Positions 44,941 to 55,876 of a stretch of DNA of 64,000 nucleotides are shown piece after piece. The notes beneath the pieces are model-generated. The model was not told where the DNA came from and ran no database searches. It was given only the letters and a program-made list of their open reading frames with translations. The position numbers and the translations under genes are program-made. Origin of the DNA: an uncultured Stakelama sp. (GTDB lineage: Bacteria; Pseudomonadota; Alphaproteobacteria; Sphingomonadales; Sphingomonadaceae); assembly GCA_964449575.1 (NCBI GenBank), contig CAYUYZ010000001.1, forward strand, positions 111,944 through 175,943, written 5' to 3'. How positions within the stretch are numbered: the first letter of the stretch is position 1; every line of letters starts with the position of its first letter.

Positions 44941-46713
44941 CTACCCCTCCACCATCTCCGCCAGTTCCAACCAACGCAACTCCGCCGCTTCCTTCTCCGC
45001 CCGCGCCGCGTCGACCGCCTTGGTCAGCATCTCGAACCGCGCGAGATCCTTCGCGTATAGCCCCGGATCGGCCAGCGCCGCCTCATCGCGCGCAATCGCG
45101 GCGTCCAAAGCCTCGATCCGCTTGGGCAATTGCTCGTAATCGCGCTGGTCCTTGTAGGTCAGCCGCACCTTGGGCGGGGGCGGCGGCGCGGGAGCGGGCG
45201 CCGCCGCCTTCGCGATCTTCTTCGCGCCGGGCCGCTGGCGCTTGGCTTCCCAATCGGCATAGCCGCCCGCGACGACATCGACCGTCCCTGAGCCGTCGAG
45301 CCCGAGCGTCACCGTCACCGTGCGGTCGAGGAAATCGCGGTCGTGGCTGACGATCAGCACGGTGCCGCCATAATCGCCAATCACTTCCTGGAGCAGATCG
45401 AGCGTTTCGAGATCGAGATCGTTGGTCGGCTCGTCGAGCACCAGCAGGTTCGATGGCCGCGCGAATTCGCGCGCGAGCAGCAGCCGCGAGCGCTCGCCGC
45501 CCGAGAGCGTACCGATCTTGGCGTCGACCATGTTGCCGTCGAACAGGAATTCCTTGAGGTAGCCGACGACGTGCTTCTTGGCGCCAAGCACTTCGATCCA
45601 GTCGCCGCCGTCGGCCAGCACGTCGCGGATCGTTTTCTCCGGCGCCATCAGCTTGCGCTGCTGGTCGATCACCACGCCGTCGAGCGTCTTCGCGAGCCGG
45701 ATCGTGCCGCTGTCGGGCGCAAGCTCGCCGGTCAGCAATTTGATCAGCGTCGTTTTGCCCGCGCCGTTCCGGCCAACAATCCCGATCCGATCACCGCGCG
45801 TCACCCGCAGCAACAAGTCGCGGATGATCGTGCGGTCGCCATAAGACTTGGAGATATGCTTGGCGTCGATCACCACCTTGGTCTTGGCATCATCGCTGGC
45901 GATCGCGAGGTTCGCCGCACCCTGCGGCCCCAGCATCGACGCGCGTTCGGCGCGCATTTCCTTGAGCTTCGACAGCCGCCCCTGGTTGCGCCGCCGCCGC
46001 CCGGTCACACCGCGCAGCAGCCAATGCTCCTCGATCTTGAGCTTGGCGTCGAGCCGTTCGGCATTGCGCTCTTCCTCGGCATAGACTTGCTCGGTCCACG
46101 CCTCGAACCCGCCGAAGCCGACTTCGGCACGGCGGATCGCGCCGCGATCGAGCCACAGGGTCTGCCTGGTCAGCCGCGTCAGGAAAGTGCGATCGTGGCT
46201 GATGACGATGAACGCGCCATTATAGCGCGCGAGCCAATTCTCGAGCCATTCGATCGCGGCGATGTCGAGATGGTTGGTCGGTTCGTCGAGCAGCAGCACG
46301 TCGGGACCTTGCGCCAGCGCGCGTACAATCGCCGCACGCCGCCGCTCGCCGCCCGATGCGCTCGCCGCCTCGCGGTCGAGGTCGATACCGAGCTGATCGG
46401 CAATCGCATCGGCTTCATAGCCAAGCGGGGCATCGTCGCCCGCCATCACGAAATCGCGCAAGGTCGCATGGCCCGCGACGCTCGGGTCCTGTTCAAGCAG
46501 GATCACCTTGGTACCCGGCACGATCGTGCGCCGCCCTTCGTCGCAATCGATCACGCCGGCGATGAGCTTCAAGAGCGTCGTCTTGCCCGCGCCGTTGCGG
46601 CCGATCAGCGCGAGTCGGTCGCGCTGGCCGACATGGATGTCGAGCCCGCGAAACAGCCAGCCCGATCCCTGAACGAGGCCGAGATTTTCATATGCGAGAA
46701 TTGGTGCTGCCAT
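44941..46713 (-). CDS. ABC-F family ATPase (Uup-like)
   Basis: 590 aa from MAAPILAYENLG. It has two ABC cassettes ([10 protein letters not shown] twice, LSGGE signatures) and a C-terminal coiled coil. Confidence 0.9.
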   Translation of the reverse strand: MAAPILAYENLGLVQGSGWLFRGLDIHVGQRDRLALIGRNGAGKTTLLKLIAGVIDCDEGRRTIVPGTKVILLEQDPSVAGHATLRDFVMAGDDAPLGYEADAIADQLGIDLDREAASASGGERRRAAIVRALAQGPDVLLLDEPTNHLDIAAIEWLENWLARYNGAFIVISHDRTFLTRLTRQTLWLDRGAIRRAEVGFGGFEAWTEQVYAEEERNAERLDAKLKIEEHWLLRGVTGRRRRNQGRLSKLKEMRAERASMLGPQGAANLAIASDDAKTKVVIDAKHISKSYGDRTIIRDLLLRVTRGDRIGIVGRNGAGKTTLIKLLTGELAPDSGTIRLAKTLDGVVIDQQRKLMAPEKTIRDVLADGGDWIEVLGAKKHVVGYLKEFLFDGNMVDAKIGTLSGGERSRLLLAREFARPSNLLVLDEPTNDLDLETLDLLQEVIGDYGGTVLIVSHDRDFLDRTVTVTLGLDGSGTVDVVAGGYADWEAKRQRPGAKKIAKAAAPAPAPPPPPKVRLTYKDQRDYEQLPKRIEALDAAIARDEAALADPGLYAKDLARFEMLTKAVDAARAEKEAAELRWLELAEMVEG

Positions 46714-46724
46714 AGCGAGCGCGC

Positions 46725-48128
46725 TTAGGGGGCTGGCGGCGGTCCAGCAAGCGCGCTGCAGGGGCCGGGCGCCAGAACGAACTGCGGGACGCCGCCGTCG
46801 ACCCGCATTGTCCCGCACGGGAGGAGATCGGCGGGGAGGGTCGCTAGCCCTTCGCGCGTCAGCAGCGCCGCCACGCGGGCGAGCCCACCGGGCAGCGCGC
46901 GCTCGATCGCGGCTTCGGCCCGCGCGCGGTCGCCGAGGCCGCCTGCGCGGTTGATCTCGGCGATGATCGGCAGCAGCCCCGGCTTGCCCGCCGCTCGGAG
47001 CTGCGCATCGAGGATCGTCGCGGTCAACTGCCCCTCGTCATAGGGGAATTGCTGCGCGGCATCGTCGGTCCAGAACCGCTCGAAGCGTTGCTGCGGCGTG
47101 AGCGAAAGCGCAGGCGAGATCGCATAGCGCTTCAGCAAGGCGTTGAACTGCTTCGTCCAGCGCGCGGCATCCCAATCACCCGTGCGCAGCATCGCCTGCG
47201 CGCTGAACCAGTCGTTGAAGCCCTCGGTCAGCCAATAGCTGGTCGCGTCATCGCTGCCGCTCTTGAACCAGCGATGCGCATATTCATGCCCGAGCAGCCG
47301 GGGCAGATCGCGAAACGGCATGTTCGGCGTGCCCGTCAGCGCGAAGCCGGCGGTGCGGCCAGTGCCGCCATAGGAAAGCGATGTCGGCTTCGGCTGGGTC
47401 AGCGGCGTGAGCGTCACGAGGAACGGAATCGCGCGCGCGCCGAGCATCGCATTTTCGGTCGCGAGGACTTTCTGCGTGTGATCGGCGAGCTGGGCATCGG
47501 TGAACCCCCATTGCCCGAGCAGCGCGAAGCGCAGCCGCGTGCCGCCGACGCGCCGCTCGCTCAGCCGCAAGTCGCGCCCGCCGGTGAATATCCCCTGCGC
47601 CACCTGGTTCGCGGTCAGCCCCGGCGGCGGCGTGTCGAGATCGCTCGCGACGCGCCAACCCTTTGGCACCGCACCCCAGGCGAAGCGCGCGGGGCGGTCC
47701 TCGCCGCCCGTTGGGATCACGATCACCCCCTCGCCGTGGAGCGTCAGCCAGTTGCGTTCGATCCACGGCAGCGCCTTGTGAAAATCGGCGCCCGGCAGCA
47801 GCGGGTCGGGGTCGGTGACGGCATAGCGGATCGTCAGCAGCGCGCCGGGCTTGTGCCGGATGCGCTTCACGTCGGGCTTGTCGGTGTCGGCAATCGTGCC
47901 GCCGGTGACGCGCCAGCCGCCGATGTTGCGCCACAGCGTGTCGCTGCCCGCCCAGGTGTTCGGCAGATCGAGATCGGTGATCCCGTCGGCATCGCCGCGC
48001 ATCGTCACGGTGACGCTTACCCTCGGCAGCGTGTCGGTCGGGGATATCGATAGCTGGTAGCCGATCGGCTCAGCCGCAGGGGCGGCGCAAGGCATGGCCA
48101 GCATAAGCACGGCGACGAGGAGCTTCAT
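46725..48128 (-). CDS. secreted gluzincin metallopeptidase (M1/M61-like)
   Basis: 467 aa with a signal peptide, HEYAH followed by WLTEGF (the HEXXH...E arrangement). Confidence 0.7.
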   Translation of the reverse strand: MKLLVAVLMLAMPCAAPAAEPIGYQLSISPTDTLPRVSVTVTMRGDADGITDLDLPNTWAGSDTLWRNIGGWRVTGGTIADTDKPDVKRIRHKPGALLTIRYAVTDPDPLLPGADFHKALPWIERNWLTLHGEGVIVIPTGGEDRPARFAWGAVPKGWRVASDLDTPPPGLTANQVAQGIFTGGRDLRLSERRVGGTRLRFALLGQWGFTDAQLADHTQKVLATENAMLGARAIPFLVTLTPLTQPKPTSLSYGGTGRTAGFALTGTPNMPFRDLPRLLGHEYAHRWFKSGSDDATSYWLTEGFNDWFSAQAMLRTGDWDAARWTKQFNALLKRYAISPALSLTPQQRFERFWTDDAAQQFPYDEGQLTATILDAQLRAAGKPGLLPIIAEINRAGGLGDRARAEAAIERALPGGLARVAALLTREGLATLPADLLPCGTMRVDGGVPQFVLAPGPCSALAGPPPAP

Positions 48129-48203
48129 GATGCTTTTCCTGAGCCGCTGCTGTCGATACCATTCATTGGCTATTCAATGGGCCGATCCTATGCAAGCTGC
48201 ACC

Positions 48204-48512
48204 ATGATGTTTCGCGCCGCCCTTTTTGCCCCCGTGTTCGTGCTCGCAGGTCTGCTGGCCGCCGTGCCTGCTGATGCGCAGCGGCGCGGCGAAAGCCGCG
48301 ATGTTTTTCAGGCCATGCGCACAGGCAAGCTGTTGTCGATCCGCGATATCGAACGGCGGGTGACGCCGATGATGAATGGCGCGCAATATCTGGGTTTCGA
48401 CTTTGATTCGGACAGCGGGATTTACACGCTAAAGTTCCTGCGCAATGGAAATGTCATCTGGGTCGCGGTGGACGGCCATTCGGGGCAAATCATCGGCCGC
48501 ACGGGCAATTGA
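48204..48512 (+). CDS. PepSY domain protein
   Basis: Signal peptide MMFRAALFAPVFVLAGLLAAVPADA. The PepSY-like C-terminus reads YTLKFLRNGNVIWVAVDGHSGQIIG. It lies upstream of a two-component pair. Confidence 0.7.
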   Translation: MMFRAALFAPVFVLAGLLAAVPADAQRRGESRDVFQAMRTGKLLSIRDIERRVTPMMNGAQYLGFDFDSDSGIYTLKFLRNGNVIWVAVDGHSGQIIGRTGN

Positions 48513-48539
48513 CTCCCCGCGAACAAGAAGGGTGACAGC

Positions 48540-49205
48540 ATGCGCGTTCTGATCGTCGAGGACGAACCCAGCCTGGGCCAGCAGCTCAAGAATACGCTCG
48601 AAGGCGCGGGCTATGCGATCGACCTCGCCACCGATGGCGAGGAAGGGCATTTCCTGGGGAGCACCGAAGCCTATGACGCGGTGGTGCTTGATCTTGGCTT
48701 GCCCGAGATCGACGGGCTGACGGTGCTCGATCGCTGGCGCCGCGAGGGGCATGTGATGCCGGTGCTGGTGCTGACCGCGCGCGACAGCTGGTCGGACAAG
48801 GTGGCGGGGCTTGATGCCGGCGCCGATGATTATGTCGCCAAGCCCTTCCAGTCGGAGGAACTGATCGCGCGGCTGCGCGCGCTGATCCGCCGCGCGTCGG
48901 GCAATGCCTCGTCCGAACTGACGGCGGGTGACGTGCGGCTCGACACCCGCAGCGGCAAGGTGACCAAGGCGGGTGAGCCGGTGAAGCTGACCGCGCAGGA
49001 ATATAAGCTGCTGAGCTATTTGCTCCACCACAAGGGCAAGGTCGTCAGCCGCACCGAGCTGATCGAGCATATCTATGACCAGGATTTTGATCGCGATTCG
49101 AACACGATCGAAGTGTTCGTCACGCGTATCCGCAAGAAGCTGGGGCAGGATGTGATCACCACGATCCGGGGCCTTGGCTATAGCCTCGAAGAACCGAATG
49201 GCTGA
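48540..49205 (+). CDS. OmpR-family response regulator
   Basis: 221 aa with a receiver domain (VVLDLGLPEIDG) and a winged-helix domain (LTAQEYKLLSYL...IRGLGYSL). Confidence 0.92.
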   Translation: MRVLIVEDEPSLGQQLKNTLEGAGYAIDLATDGEEGHFLGSTEAYDAVVLDLGLPEIDGLTVLDRWRREGHVMPVLVLTARDSWSDKVAGLDAGADDYVAKPFQSEELIARLRALIRRASGNASSELTAGDVRLDTRSGKVTKAGEPVKLTAQEYKLLSYLLHHKGKVVSRTELIEHIYDQDFDRDSNTIEVFVTRIRKKLGQDVITTIRGLGYSLEEPNG

Positions 49206-49224
49206 GATGCTTCAATGACCACAA

Positions 49225-49314
49225 CCGTTTGCCCTGAGCTTGTCGAAGGGCCGTCCTTCTTTCTCCGACGCTGGGAAAAGAAGGACAGTGCTTCGACAAG
49301 CTCAGCACGAACGG
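49225..49314. repeat. palindromic repeat family 3 (CCGTTTGCCCTGAGCTTGTCGAAGGGC ... GCTTCGACAAGCTCAGCACGAACGG)
   Basis: A long imperfect inverted repeat with a nested inner palindrome (CCGTCCTTCTTT / AAGAAGGACAG), between the regulator and kinase genes. Confidence 0.8.
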
Positions 49315-49334
49315 GGAGAGGGTAAAGGCATATC

Positions 49335-50726
49335 ATGGACGCGGTAACCGTTTCTGCGCCGCCCGCGACCGAGCCGACCGCACCCCCACGGCGGGCGACC
49401 GGATCGCTCAGCCGCCGGATGATCCTGATTGCGACTTTGTGGATTTCGGTGCTGCTCGCAGGCGGCGCCTTCGCGCTCGACCGCGTGCTTTCGAACGCGA
49501 TCACGCGCAATTTTGATGATCAGCTCGAATATGTGCTGAAGACGCTGATCCTGTCGGCGCAGATCGGCCCCGACAGTGAAGTCATTTTCAACCGCGAGCC
49601 CGCCGACCAGCGCTTTCTCGAACCCTATTCGGGGCTTTATTGGCAAGTGAGTGCCAAGGGGCGCGAGGATTTCCCCTCGCGGTCGCTGTGGGACCGGCGG
49701 CTGGCGTACGGTCAGGATCATAATGATCGCGAGGTCCATCTCTATGACAGCCGTCAATTCGGCGAGGAGAAGCTGCGGATCGTCGAGCGCGACGTGAAGC
49801 TGCCCGGATCGCCGGTGCGGTGGCGCTTCAAGATCGCGGGCAATCGCGACACGCTCGACGCACAGATTTCAGCGCTGCGCCAGATTCTCGCGATCAGCTT
49901 TGCGTTGCTGGCGCTGGGCCTCATCATCATGGCGGGGTTGCAGACCTTTTATGGCCTGCGCCCATTACGCAAAGTGCGCGAGGAAATCGCCCGCATGCGC
50001 AGCGGGGCCGCGCGCCGGATCGAAGCGCCGATGCCGGTTGAAGTGATGCCGCTGGTCGACGAGCTCAACGCGCTGATTGCGCACAATGAGCGCCAGGCCG
50101 AAGAAGCGCGCCGCCACGCGGGCAATCTGGCGCATGCGCTCAAGACGCCGCTGACGGTGATCATGAACGCGGCGACCGCGCGGGCCGATGATCTGTCGCC
50201 GACGGTGATCCGTGAAGCGACGACGATGCGCCGCCAGGTCGACCACCATCTCGCGCGCGCCAGAGCGGTGGGGCGGCGCGGGCACGCGCACAGCCGCGCG
50301 GCCGTATGGCCAAGCCTTGAATCGGTCGAGCGCGCGGTCGGGCGACTGTATCCGCATGTGCGCTTCGACGCTGATGGGCCGAAGGAGTTGCAGGTCCATG
50401 TCGAGCGCCAGGACCTCGACGAAATGCTCGGCAATCTGATTGAGAATGCAGCCAAATATGGCGGCGGCAGCGTGTTCGTGACGGTGAAGCCGGTCGGTGC
50501 CTTCGTCGAATTTCTGGTCGAGGACGACGGGCCGGGCATTCCCGAAGCCGATCGCCAGCGGCTGTTCGATCGCGGTGCGCGGCTCGATACGGGCAAGCCG
50601 GGGACGGGGCTGGGTCTGGCGATCGTGCGCGACGTGGCGGAGATTTACGAAGGCGGGGTCGAGCTCGACGAGAGCGAGGACCTTGGCGGGTTGCTGGTGC
50701 GGCTGAAACTGCCGGTGGCGGGGTGA
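49335..50726 (+). CDS. sensor histidine kinase (HAMP-HisKA-HATPase)
   Basis: 463 aa with two TM segments, the H-box NLAHALKTPL, and N, G1 and G2 boxes (DDGPGIP, GTGLGLAI). Confidence 0.9.
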   Translation: MDAVTVSAPPATEPTAPPRRATGSLSRRMILIATLWISVLLAGGAFALDRVLSNAITRNFDDQLEYVLKTLILSAQIGPDSEVIFNREPADQRFLEPYSGLYWQVSAKGREDFPSRSLWDRRLAYGQDHNDREVHLYDSRQFGEEKLRIVERDVKLPGSPVRWRFKIAGNRDTLDAQISALRQILAISFALLALGLIIMAGLQTFYGLRPLRKVREEIARMRSGAARRIEAPMPVEVMPLVDELNALIAHNERQAEEARRHAGNLAHALKTPLTVIMNAATARADDLSPTVIREATTMRRQVDHHLARARAVGRRGHAHSRAAVWPSLESVERAVGRLYPHVRFDADGPKELQVHVERQDLDEMLGNLIENAAKYGGGSVFVTVKPVGAFVEFLVEDDGPGIPEADRQRLFDRGARLDTGKPGTGLGLAIVRDVAEIYEGGVELDESEDLGGLLVRLKLPVAG

Positions 50727-51430
50727 GCGATATGGCGATTGGGGTGGGTGAAGCTGACAGCTGCCGGATCATCACGATCGATCGCCCGCCGGTAAATGCG
50801 CTCGATCTCGACGCGATTGTGGCGCTGGAAGCCGCGTTCGCGGGCGCGGCAAGCGATTGCCCGCGCGCCGTGGTGCTGACGGGGGCGGGCAGCGCCTTTT
50901 GCGCCGGTGTCGATACCCGCGCCTTTGGTGGCTATGACCGCGCGACGCGGCACCAGATGGTCCGCGCGATCACGCGGATGGTCGCGGTGCTGCTGGCGAT
51001 TCCGGTGCCGGTGGTGGCGGCGGTGAACGGCCATGCGCTCGGCGGCGGCTTCGTGCTGATGCTGGGCGGTGATTACCGGCTGGTGGCGGATGCCGATGGC
51101 GCCAAGCTCGGGCTGACTGAGGCGAAGGCGGGGGTGCCGTTCCCGGCAGGGCCGAGCGCGGTGATTGCGGCCGAACTCGCGCCATCGCTGCTGCGGCGGC
51201 TCACGCTGACCAGCGCGACGCTGGGCCCCGCCGAAGCAGTTGCCGCTGACATCGTTGATGCTTTGGTCGCGCCAGAGGATTTGATCGCCCGGGCCTGCGC
51301 TGCAGCGGTGGCAATGGCCGCGCAACCGGCCTTTGATGCGGTGAAGCGTCAGGTGCGCGGACCGCTCGCGGCAAGGGTGGCAGCGCTTGCTGCGTCGGGT
51401 GAGGAGCCGTTTCTGGCCGCCTTTGGCTAG
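50723..51430 (+). CDS. enoyl-CoA hydratase/isomerase family protein
   Basis: 235 aa with crotonase motifs (VVLTGAGSAFCAGVD, AAVNGHALGGG). Confidence 0.85.
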   Translation: MSDMAIGVGEADSCRIITIDRPPVNALDLDAIVALEAAFAGAASDCPRAVVLTGAGSAFCAGVDTRAFGGYDRATRHQMVRAITRMVAVLLAIPVPVVAAVNGHALGGGFVLMLGGDYRLVADADGAKLGLTEAKAGVPFPAGPSAVIAAELAPSLLRRLTLTSATLGPAEAVAADIVDALVAPEDLIARACAAAVAMAAQPAFDAVKRQVRGPLAARVAALAASGEEPFLAAFG

Positions 51431-51451
51431 ACCCGGAAAACTTTACCCTGA

Positions 51452-51531
51452 CCCGTTCGTTTCGAGCGAAGTCGAGAAACAGGCCAAAGGCGGTGCGCAA
51501 CGTGTCTCGACTTCGCTCGACACTAACGGGG
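51452..51531. repeat. palindromic repeat family 2, degenerate copy
   Basis: The left arm CCCGTTCGTTTCGAGCGAAGTCGAGAAACAGGCC is intact. The right arm is decayed (GTCTCGACTTCGCTCGACACTAACGGGGG). Confidence 0.75.
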
Positions 51532-51559
51532 GAGTGGGTCGAGTGACAGTGGCCCCGCC

Positions 51560-52567
51560 TCACGCCGCCGCGCGCAACTCCTGCATCGCTGCCGCCGCAT
51601 AGCTGAGGCTGGCTTTGCGCGCCTCATGGTCGAAGATCGAGCTCGTCAGGATCAGCTCATCGGCGCCGGTGCGGGCGACGAACGACGCGATTCCGCGCGC
51701 AAGTTTCGCCGGGCCGCCGGTCGCCGAGCATTGCAGCACATGGCCGAGGATCGCGGCGGCACTGTCGGGCAGGCTCTCGCGATAGCCCGCGACCGGCGGC
51801 GGCAGTTGGCGCGGCTGGCCGGTGCGTAGTGCGACGAACGCCTGCGCCTGCGAACTCGCGAGATACTCGGCCTCGGCATCGGTTGCCGCACCGAACACGT
51901 TGAACCCGGCGGCGACATAGGGCCGGTCGAGCACCGCCGAGGGGCGGAACGTCTTGCGGTAGATCGACAGCGCCGCATCGAGCGCATCGGGCGCGAAATG
52001 CGAGGCAAAGGCATAGGGCAGTCCGAGCGCGGCGGCGAGTTGCGCGCCGAAGGTGCTCGACCCGAGAATCCACATCTCGACCTTGGCGCCAGCGCCCGGC
52101 ATCGCGCGGATGCCGGTCTGGCCGTCGTCCGCAAAATAGCTCTGAATTTCGAGCACATCCTGCGGGAACGCATTGGGGTCGCTGTCGAGATTACGCCGCA
52201 GTGCTTGCGACACGCGCTGGTCCGATCCCGGCGCGCGCCCGAGCCCGAGGTCGATCCGCCCGGGAAACAGCGCGTCGAGCGTGCCGAATTGTTCGGCGAC
52301 CACGAGCGGCGCATGGTTGGGCAGCATGATCCCGCCCGCACCGACCCGGATGCTGCGCGTCGCAGCGGCGACATGGCCGATCACCACCGCCGCCGCACCG
52401 CCCGCGATCCCCGGCATGCCGTGATGCTCGGCAATCCAGTAGCGGGTGAAGCCAAGGCTTTCGGCTTGGCGCGCGAGATCGGCGGTGTTGGCAAAGGCCT
52501 GCGCCACCGTGCCGCCTTCGACGACGGGGACCAGATCGAGGAGCGAGTATTTCGTCATGGGGGACAA
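51560..52567 (-). CDS. LLM-class flavin-dependent oxidoreductase (luciferase-like, YhbW-type)
   Basis: 335 aa with [16 protein letters not shown] and [11 protein letters not shown] motifs. Confidence 0.88.
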   Translation of the reverse strand: MSPMTKYSLLDLVPVVEGGTVAQAFANTADLARQAESLGFTRYWIAEHHGMPGIAGGAAAVVIGHVAAATRSIRVGAGGIMLPNHAPLVVAEQFGTLDALFPGRIDLGLGRAPGSDQRVSQALRRNLDSDPNAFPQDVLEIQSYFADDGQTGIRAMPGAGAKVEMWILGSSTFGAQLAAALGLPYAFASHFAPDALDAALSIYRKTFRPSAVLDRPYVAAGFNVFGAATDAEAEYLASSQAQAFVALRTGQPRQLPPPVAGYRESLPDSAAAILGHVLQCSATGGPAKLARGIASFVARTGADELILTSSIFDHEARKASLSYAAAAMQELRAAA

Positions 52568-52777
52568 GATGGGGAAGATCGGGGGGGAGTGCTAGGGGCT
52601 GTGGTGTGGCTGCTGGGGTTGGAGTGTCAGTCGACGAGCGCAGACACGTAACCGCAGGGCGGCTGACTTTATTGGATTGCGATCCGGCAGCTTTGGGGCG
52701 ATCAGATAACGGACGCGAAGGTGGGAAAGATGTCGCCATCGCATGCAACCTACGAGTTTTTTTGGGCGGAACCGGCG

Positions 52778-53221
52778 ATGATCAAGGCATTGTTACGGTC
52801 GATCTTGGCAATTGCAGCGCTATCGGCCCCCGCGGCAGCTACGGAGTTCGAGGCGCAGCCGCCCAGCCCTTGCTTGAAATCGCTTCAGCGCCAATCAAAC
52901 GCACGGACACTCACACCGGCAACTGCATTTCTGTTTGATAACAACGTCCTTATAATCGTTCCAAAGGTCTGCGGTAAAGGCAGTACGATGTTGCTCTCAA
53001 CGTCCGATAATAAACGGGTTGCTTTGGCAAATTCGATACGCCGAAAACTCCTTCCTTCGTCGTCATCATCACAGTCACCGATAGGCCTTGATGCCATAGT
53101 TCGTGGAAGGGTAGACTTCTCGAATAGAGGTTTTACATTGTTACACGGCGAGGTTGTTCAATTTCGCGTCCTTAGCGTCAATCAAAGCCAGAAGGCATAC
53201 ACCATTGCTGGCGGCCACTAA
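52778..53221 (+). CDS. hypothetical secreted protein
   Basis: 147 aa from MIKALLRSILAIAALSAPAAA. Low G+C, no recognised family. Confidence 0.45.
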   Translation: MIKALLRSILAIAALSAPAAATEFEAQPPSPCLKSLQRQSNARTLTPATAFLFDNNVLIIVPKVCGKGSTMLLSTSDNKRVALANSIRRKLLPSSSSSQSPIGLDAIVRGRVDFSNRGFTLLHGEVVQFRVLSVNQSQKAYTIAGGH

Positions 53222-53328
53222 CGCGAGTAGCATAAGAAATTCCATTTGATACTACATCCGATACGTGAATGGCGGAACCGGTGGTCCCCCGCTTGCCCCC
53301 ATCGCCCGCGCCGCTTAGGACCACGCCC

Positions 53329-53994
53329 ATGCTCGCGCGCCTGGCCTCGATCCGGAACTGGATCTTCGATCTCGACAACACGCTCTACCCTGCCCGCGCC
53401 AATATCGCCGGGCAGATGGACGCGCGGATCACGCAGTATATCGCCGACACGCTCGGGCTCGAGTGGGCCGATGCGCGCACGCTCCAGAAGAAATTCTTCC
53501 ACGAAAAGGGCACGACGCTCGCAGGGCTGATCGCGCATCACGGCGTCGATCCGCATCATTATCTTGAGTTTGTGCATGATCTCGAAATGGACGTGCTCGA
53601 ACATGATGCGCCGCTGGTCGCCGCGATCGCGCAACTGCCGGGGCGCAAACTCATCTTCACCAACGCCGATGCGCCCTATGCGACGCGGGTGCTCGCGCGG
53701 CTCGGCCTCTCCGACAGTTTCGAGGCGATCCACGACATCCACGCGACCAATTACGTCCCCAAGCCCGAGCCGCAAGTTTATCGCGGGCTGTGCGCAGCCT
53801 ATGATCTCGACCCCGCGCAGAGCTTGTTCGTCGAGGATATGGCGCGCAATCTCGCGCCCGCCAAGGCGATCGGCATGACGACGGTGTGGGTCAATAACGG
53901 CTCCGAACAACCGCCGGGCGGCGTGCCCGATTATATCGATTTCACGATTTCTGATCTCAGCCACTGGTTGCATGACATAATGGAGGCAGCATGA
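53329..53994 (+). CDS. pyrimidine 5'-nucleotidase (HAD superfamily)
   Basis: [10 protein letters not shown] is HAD motif I, and FTNA and VEDMARNL are later motifs. The start could be 53269. Confidence 0.8.
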   Translation: MLARLASIRNWIFDLDNTLYPARANIAGQMDARITQYIADTLGLEWADARTLQKKFFHEKGTTLAGLIAHHGVDPHHYLEFVHDLEMDVLEHDAPLVAAIAQLPGRKLIFTNADAPYATRVLARLGLSDSFEAIHDIHATNYVPKPEPQVYRGLCAAYDLDPAQSLFVEDMARNLAPAKAIGMTTVWVNNGSEQPPGGVPDYIDFTISDLSHWLHDIMEAA

Positions 53995-54818
53995 CCGAAG
54001 CCCTGCAAACGACGATCGACGCGGCATGGGAAGCGCGTGACAGCATCGGCTTTGCGACCACCGGTGCGGTGCGCGACGCGGTCGATGCGGCGCTGGCGAT
54101 GCTCGATGCCGGCACCGCGCGCGTGGCCGAGCCCGACAGCCATGGCGGTTGGCGGGTCAATCAGTGGCTGAAGAAAGCCGTGCTGCTGTCGTTCCGGCTG
54201 AACGATAACATGCTGATCGCGGGCGGGCCGGGCGACGGGCCGTGGTTTGACAAGGTGCCGTCGAAATTCGCCGGTTGGGGCGACGCCGAGTTCCGCGACG
54301 CGGGCTTTCGTGCGGTACCGGGCAGCATCGTGCGGCGCGGCGCCTATATCGCCAAGGGCGCGGTGCTGATGCCGAGCTTCGTCAACATCGGCGCGCATGT
54401 CGGCGAAGGCACGATGGTCGACACCTGGGCGACGGTGGGGAGCTGCGCGCAGATCGGCCGCAATGTCCATCTGTCGGGCGGCGCGGGGATTGGCGGCGTG
54501 CTCGAGCCATTACAGGCGGGCCCCGTGGTGATCGAGGACGGCGCCTTCATCGGCGCGCGGGCCGAAGTGGCCGAAGGCGTGCGCGTTGGCGAAGGCGCGG
54601 TGCTGTCGATGGGCGTGTATCTCGGCGCCTCAACCAAGATCATCGACCGCGCGACGGGCGAGGTCCACCGCGGCTTCGTGCCGCCCTATTCGGTGGTGGT
54701 ACCGGGGACGATCGGCGGCGGGGATGGCGTGCCTGCGCTCTATTGCGCGGTGATCGTGAAGCAGGTCGACGCGCAGACGCGGTCGAAGACGAGCATCAAC
54801 GAGTTGCTGCGGGATTAG
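53991..54818 (+). CDS. dapD: 2,3,4,5-tetrahydropyridine-2,6-dicarboxylate N-succinyltransferase
   Basis: 275 aa with hexapeptide repeats and the typical DapD N-terminus (IDAAWEARD). Its ATG overlaps the upstream stop. Confidence 0.95.
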   Translation: MTEALQTTIDAAWEARDSIGFATTGAVRDAVDAALAMLDAGTARVAEPDSHGGWRVNQWLKKAVLLSFRLNDNMLIAGGPGDGPWFDKVPSKFAGWGDAEFRDAGFRAVPGSIVRRGAYIAKGAVLMPSFVNIGAHVGEGTMVDTWATVGSCAQIGRNVHLSGGAGIGGVLEPLQAGPVVIEDGAFIGARAEVAEGVRVGEGAVLSMGVYLGASTKIIDRATGEVHRGFVPPYSVVVPGTIGGGDGVPALYCAVIVKQVDAQTRSKTSINELLRD

Positions 54819-55010
54819 GGAGGGTAACCCAACCCTCATCACTTTCACGCTCCCGATCGAACGAAAGCTATACTCTTTTCGGACTTCATTTGCAGCGATC
54901 TGGAAAGCCCTCCGGGACGAATTGCGCTACCGGCATCTCGACGAGATTTTACTGTTGTAGAGAAACGAACAACTGCGGTACAAACCAATAAATCGTAAAA
55001 TTTCGATTCT

Positions 55011-55490
55011 GTGACTATTCACGAGTGGGGGTCTCGCCTGCCCTTGATATCAAAGCCGTTCATTCTGTGTAGCGCCGTTTCGGTAGTAATTTTGCTCGCA
55101 TCAGCGGAAATCGCTCGTGCGCAAGAACCGCCACGACTCTCGCCGCGGGACGCTGAAGATTATGATCGAAATATGAGCTTAATTGCCAGTCTCCAGAAGG
55201 GGATTGTGAGACACAACGCCTCAATTGAGCGGCTCATCAATCAGGTGATCGCGCTCAAGAAAGCTCTTTCGACGCAAAATCGTGTATTTGCGCCAGAATA
55301 TTTCGATCCTCCTTTATTTCCGCCGAGCGCAGAATTGAGCAGGACGATTGAGGGTCAACGCCAAGTGATCGCGATGTTGAGCACAACCCTGGAAAGCCGT
55401 CTTGCGATAGAGCGGCGGCTCAAACAACGACGCGATCAGCTTCGTCAAGAATTACGGCGGGCGGACCGCGACGCGAGGGCAAGCAAATGA
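55011..55490 (+). CDS. hypothetical secreted coiled-coil protein
   Basis: 159 aa with a GTG start, a signal/TM segment and a helical Arg/Gln-rich C-terminus. It lies in a low-G+C islet. Confidence 0.45.
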   Translation: MTIHEWGSRLPLISKPFILCSAVSVVILLASAEIARAQEPPRLSPRDAEDYDRNMSLIASLQKGIVRHNASIERLINQVIALKKALSTQNRVFAPEYFDPPLFPPSAELSRTIEGQRQVIAMLSTTLESRLAIERRLKQRRDQLRQELRRADRDARASK

Positions 55491-55876
55491 CCAACAATCA
55501 ATATGACGCGGATGAAGCACTCCTAACCGAGGCAAGACTTGCGGTGGCTGATAGACCGCCCGTCGTGTCGAAGTTGGAAGTCCCATCGTCCATCCCTCGC
55601 TGGTGGACGACCCAGAACGCAATGACCATGTCGTCAATCGTGCTCGCTTTCGGGGTAATTGTGCTGGGTTTGGCGGCTTGGTTGGTTAAGAGCGGTCACT
55701 CGGCGACGTCTGTTCTTCGCATTTTTGGCACGGTACTGGTGATAGTTATGGTGACATTCCTCGTGGTGGCCGGCTATGACGACAAGCAAATCGCGGCGCC
55801 GCTTGGACTGCTCGGTACTATCGTCGGGTATCTGCTCGGTCGGGATGCTGGACGCGCTCAGGATTCGAAGGAATGA
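55487..55876 (+). CDS. hypothetical membrane protein (3 TM)
   Basis: 129 aa. Its ATG overlaps the upstream stop (ATGA). Low-G+C islet. Confidence 0.5.
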   Translation: MTNNQYDADEALLTEARLAVADRPPVVSKLEVPSSIPRWWTTQNAMTMSSIVLAFGVIVLGLAAWLVKSGHSATSVLRIFGTVLVIVMVTFLVVAGYDDKQIAAPLGLLGTIVGYLLGRDAGRAQDSKE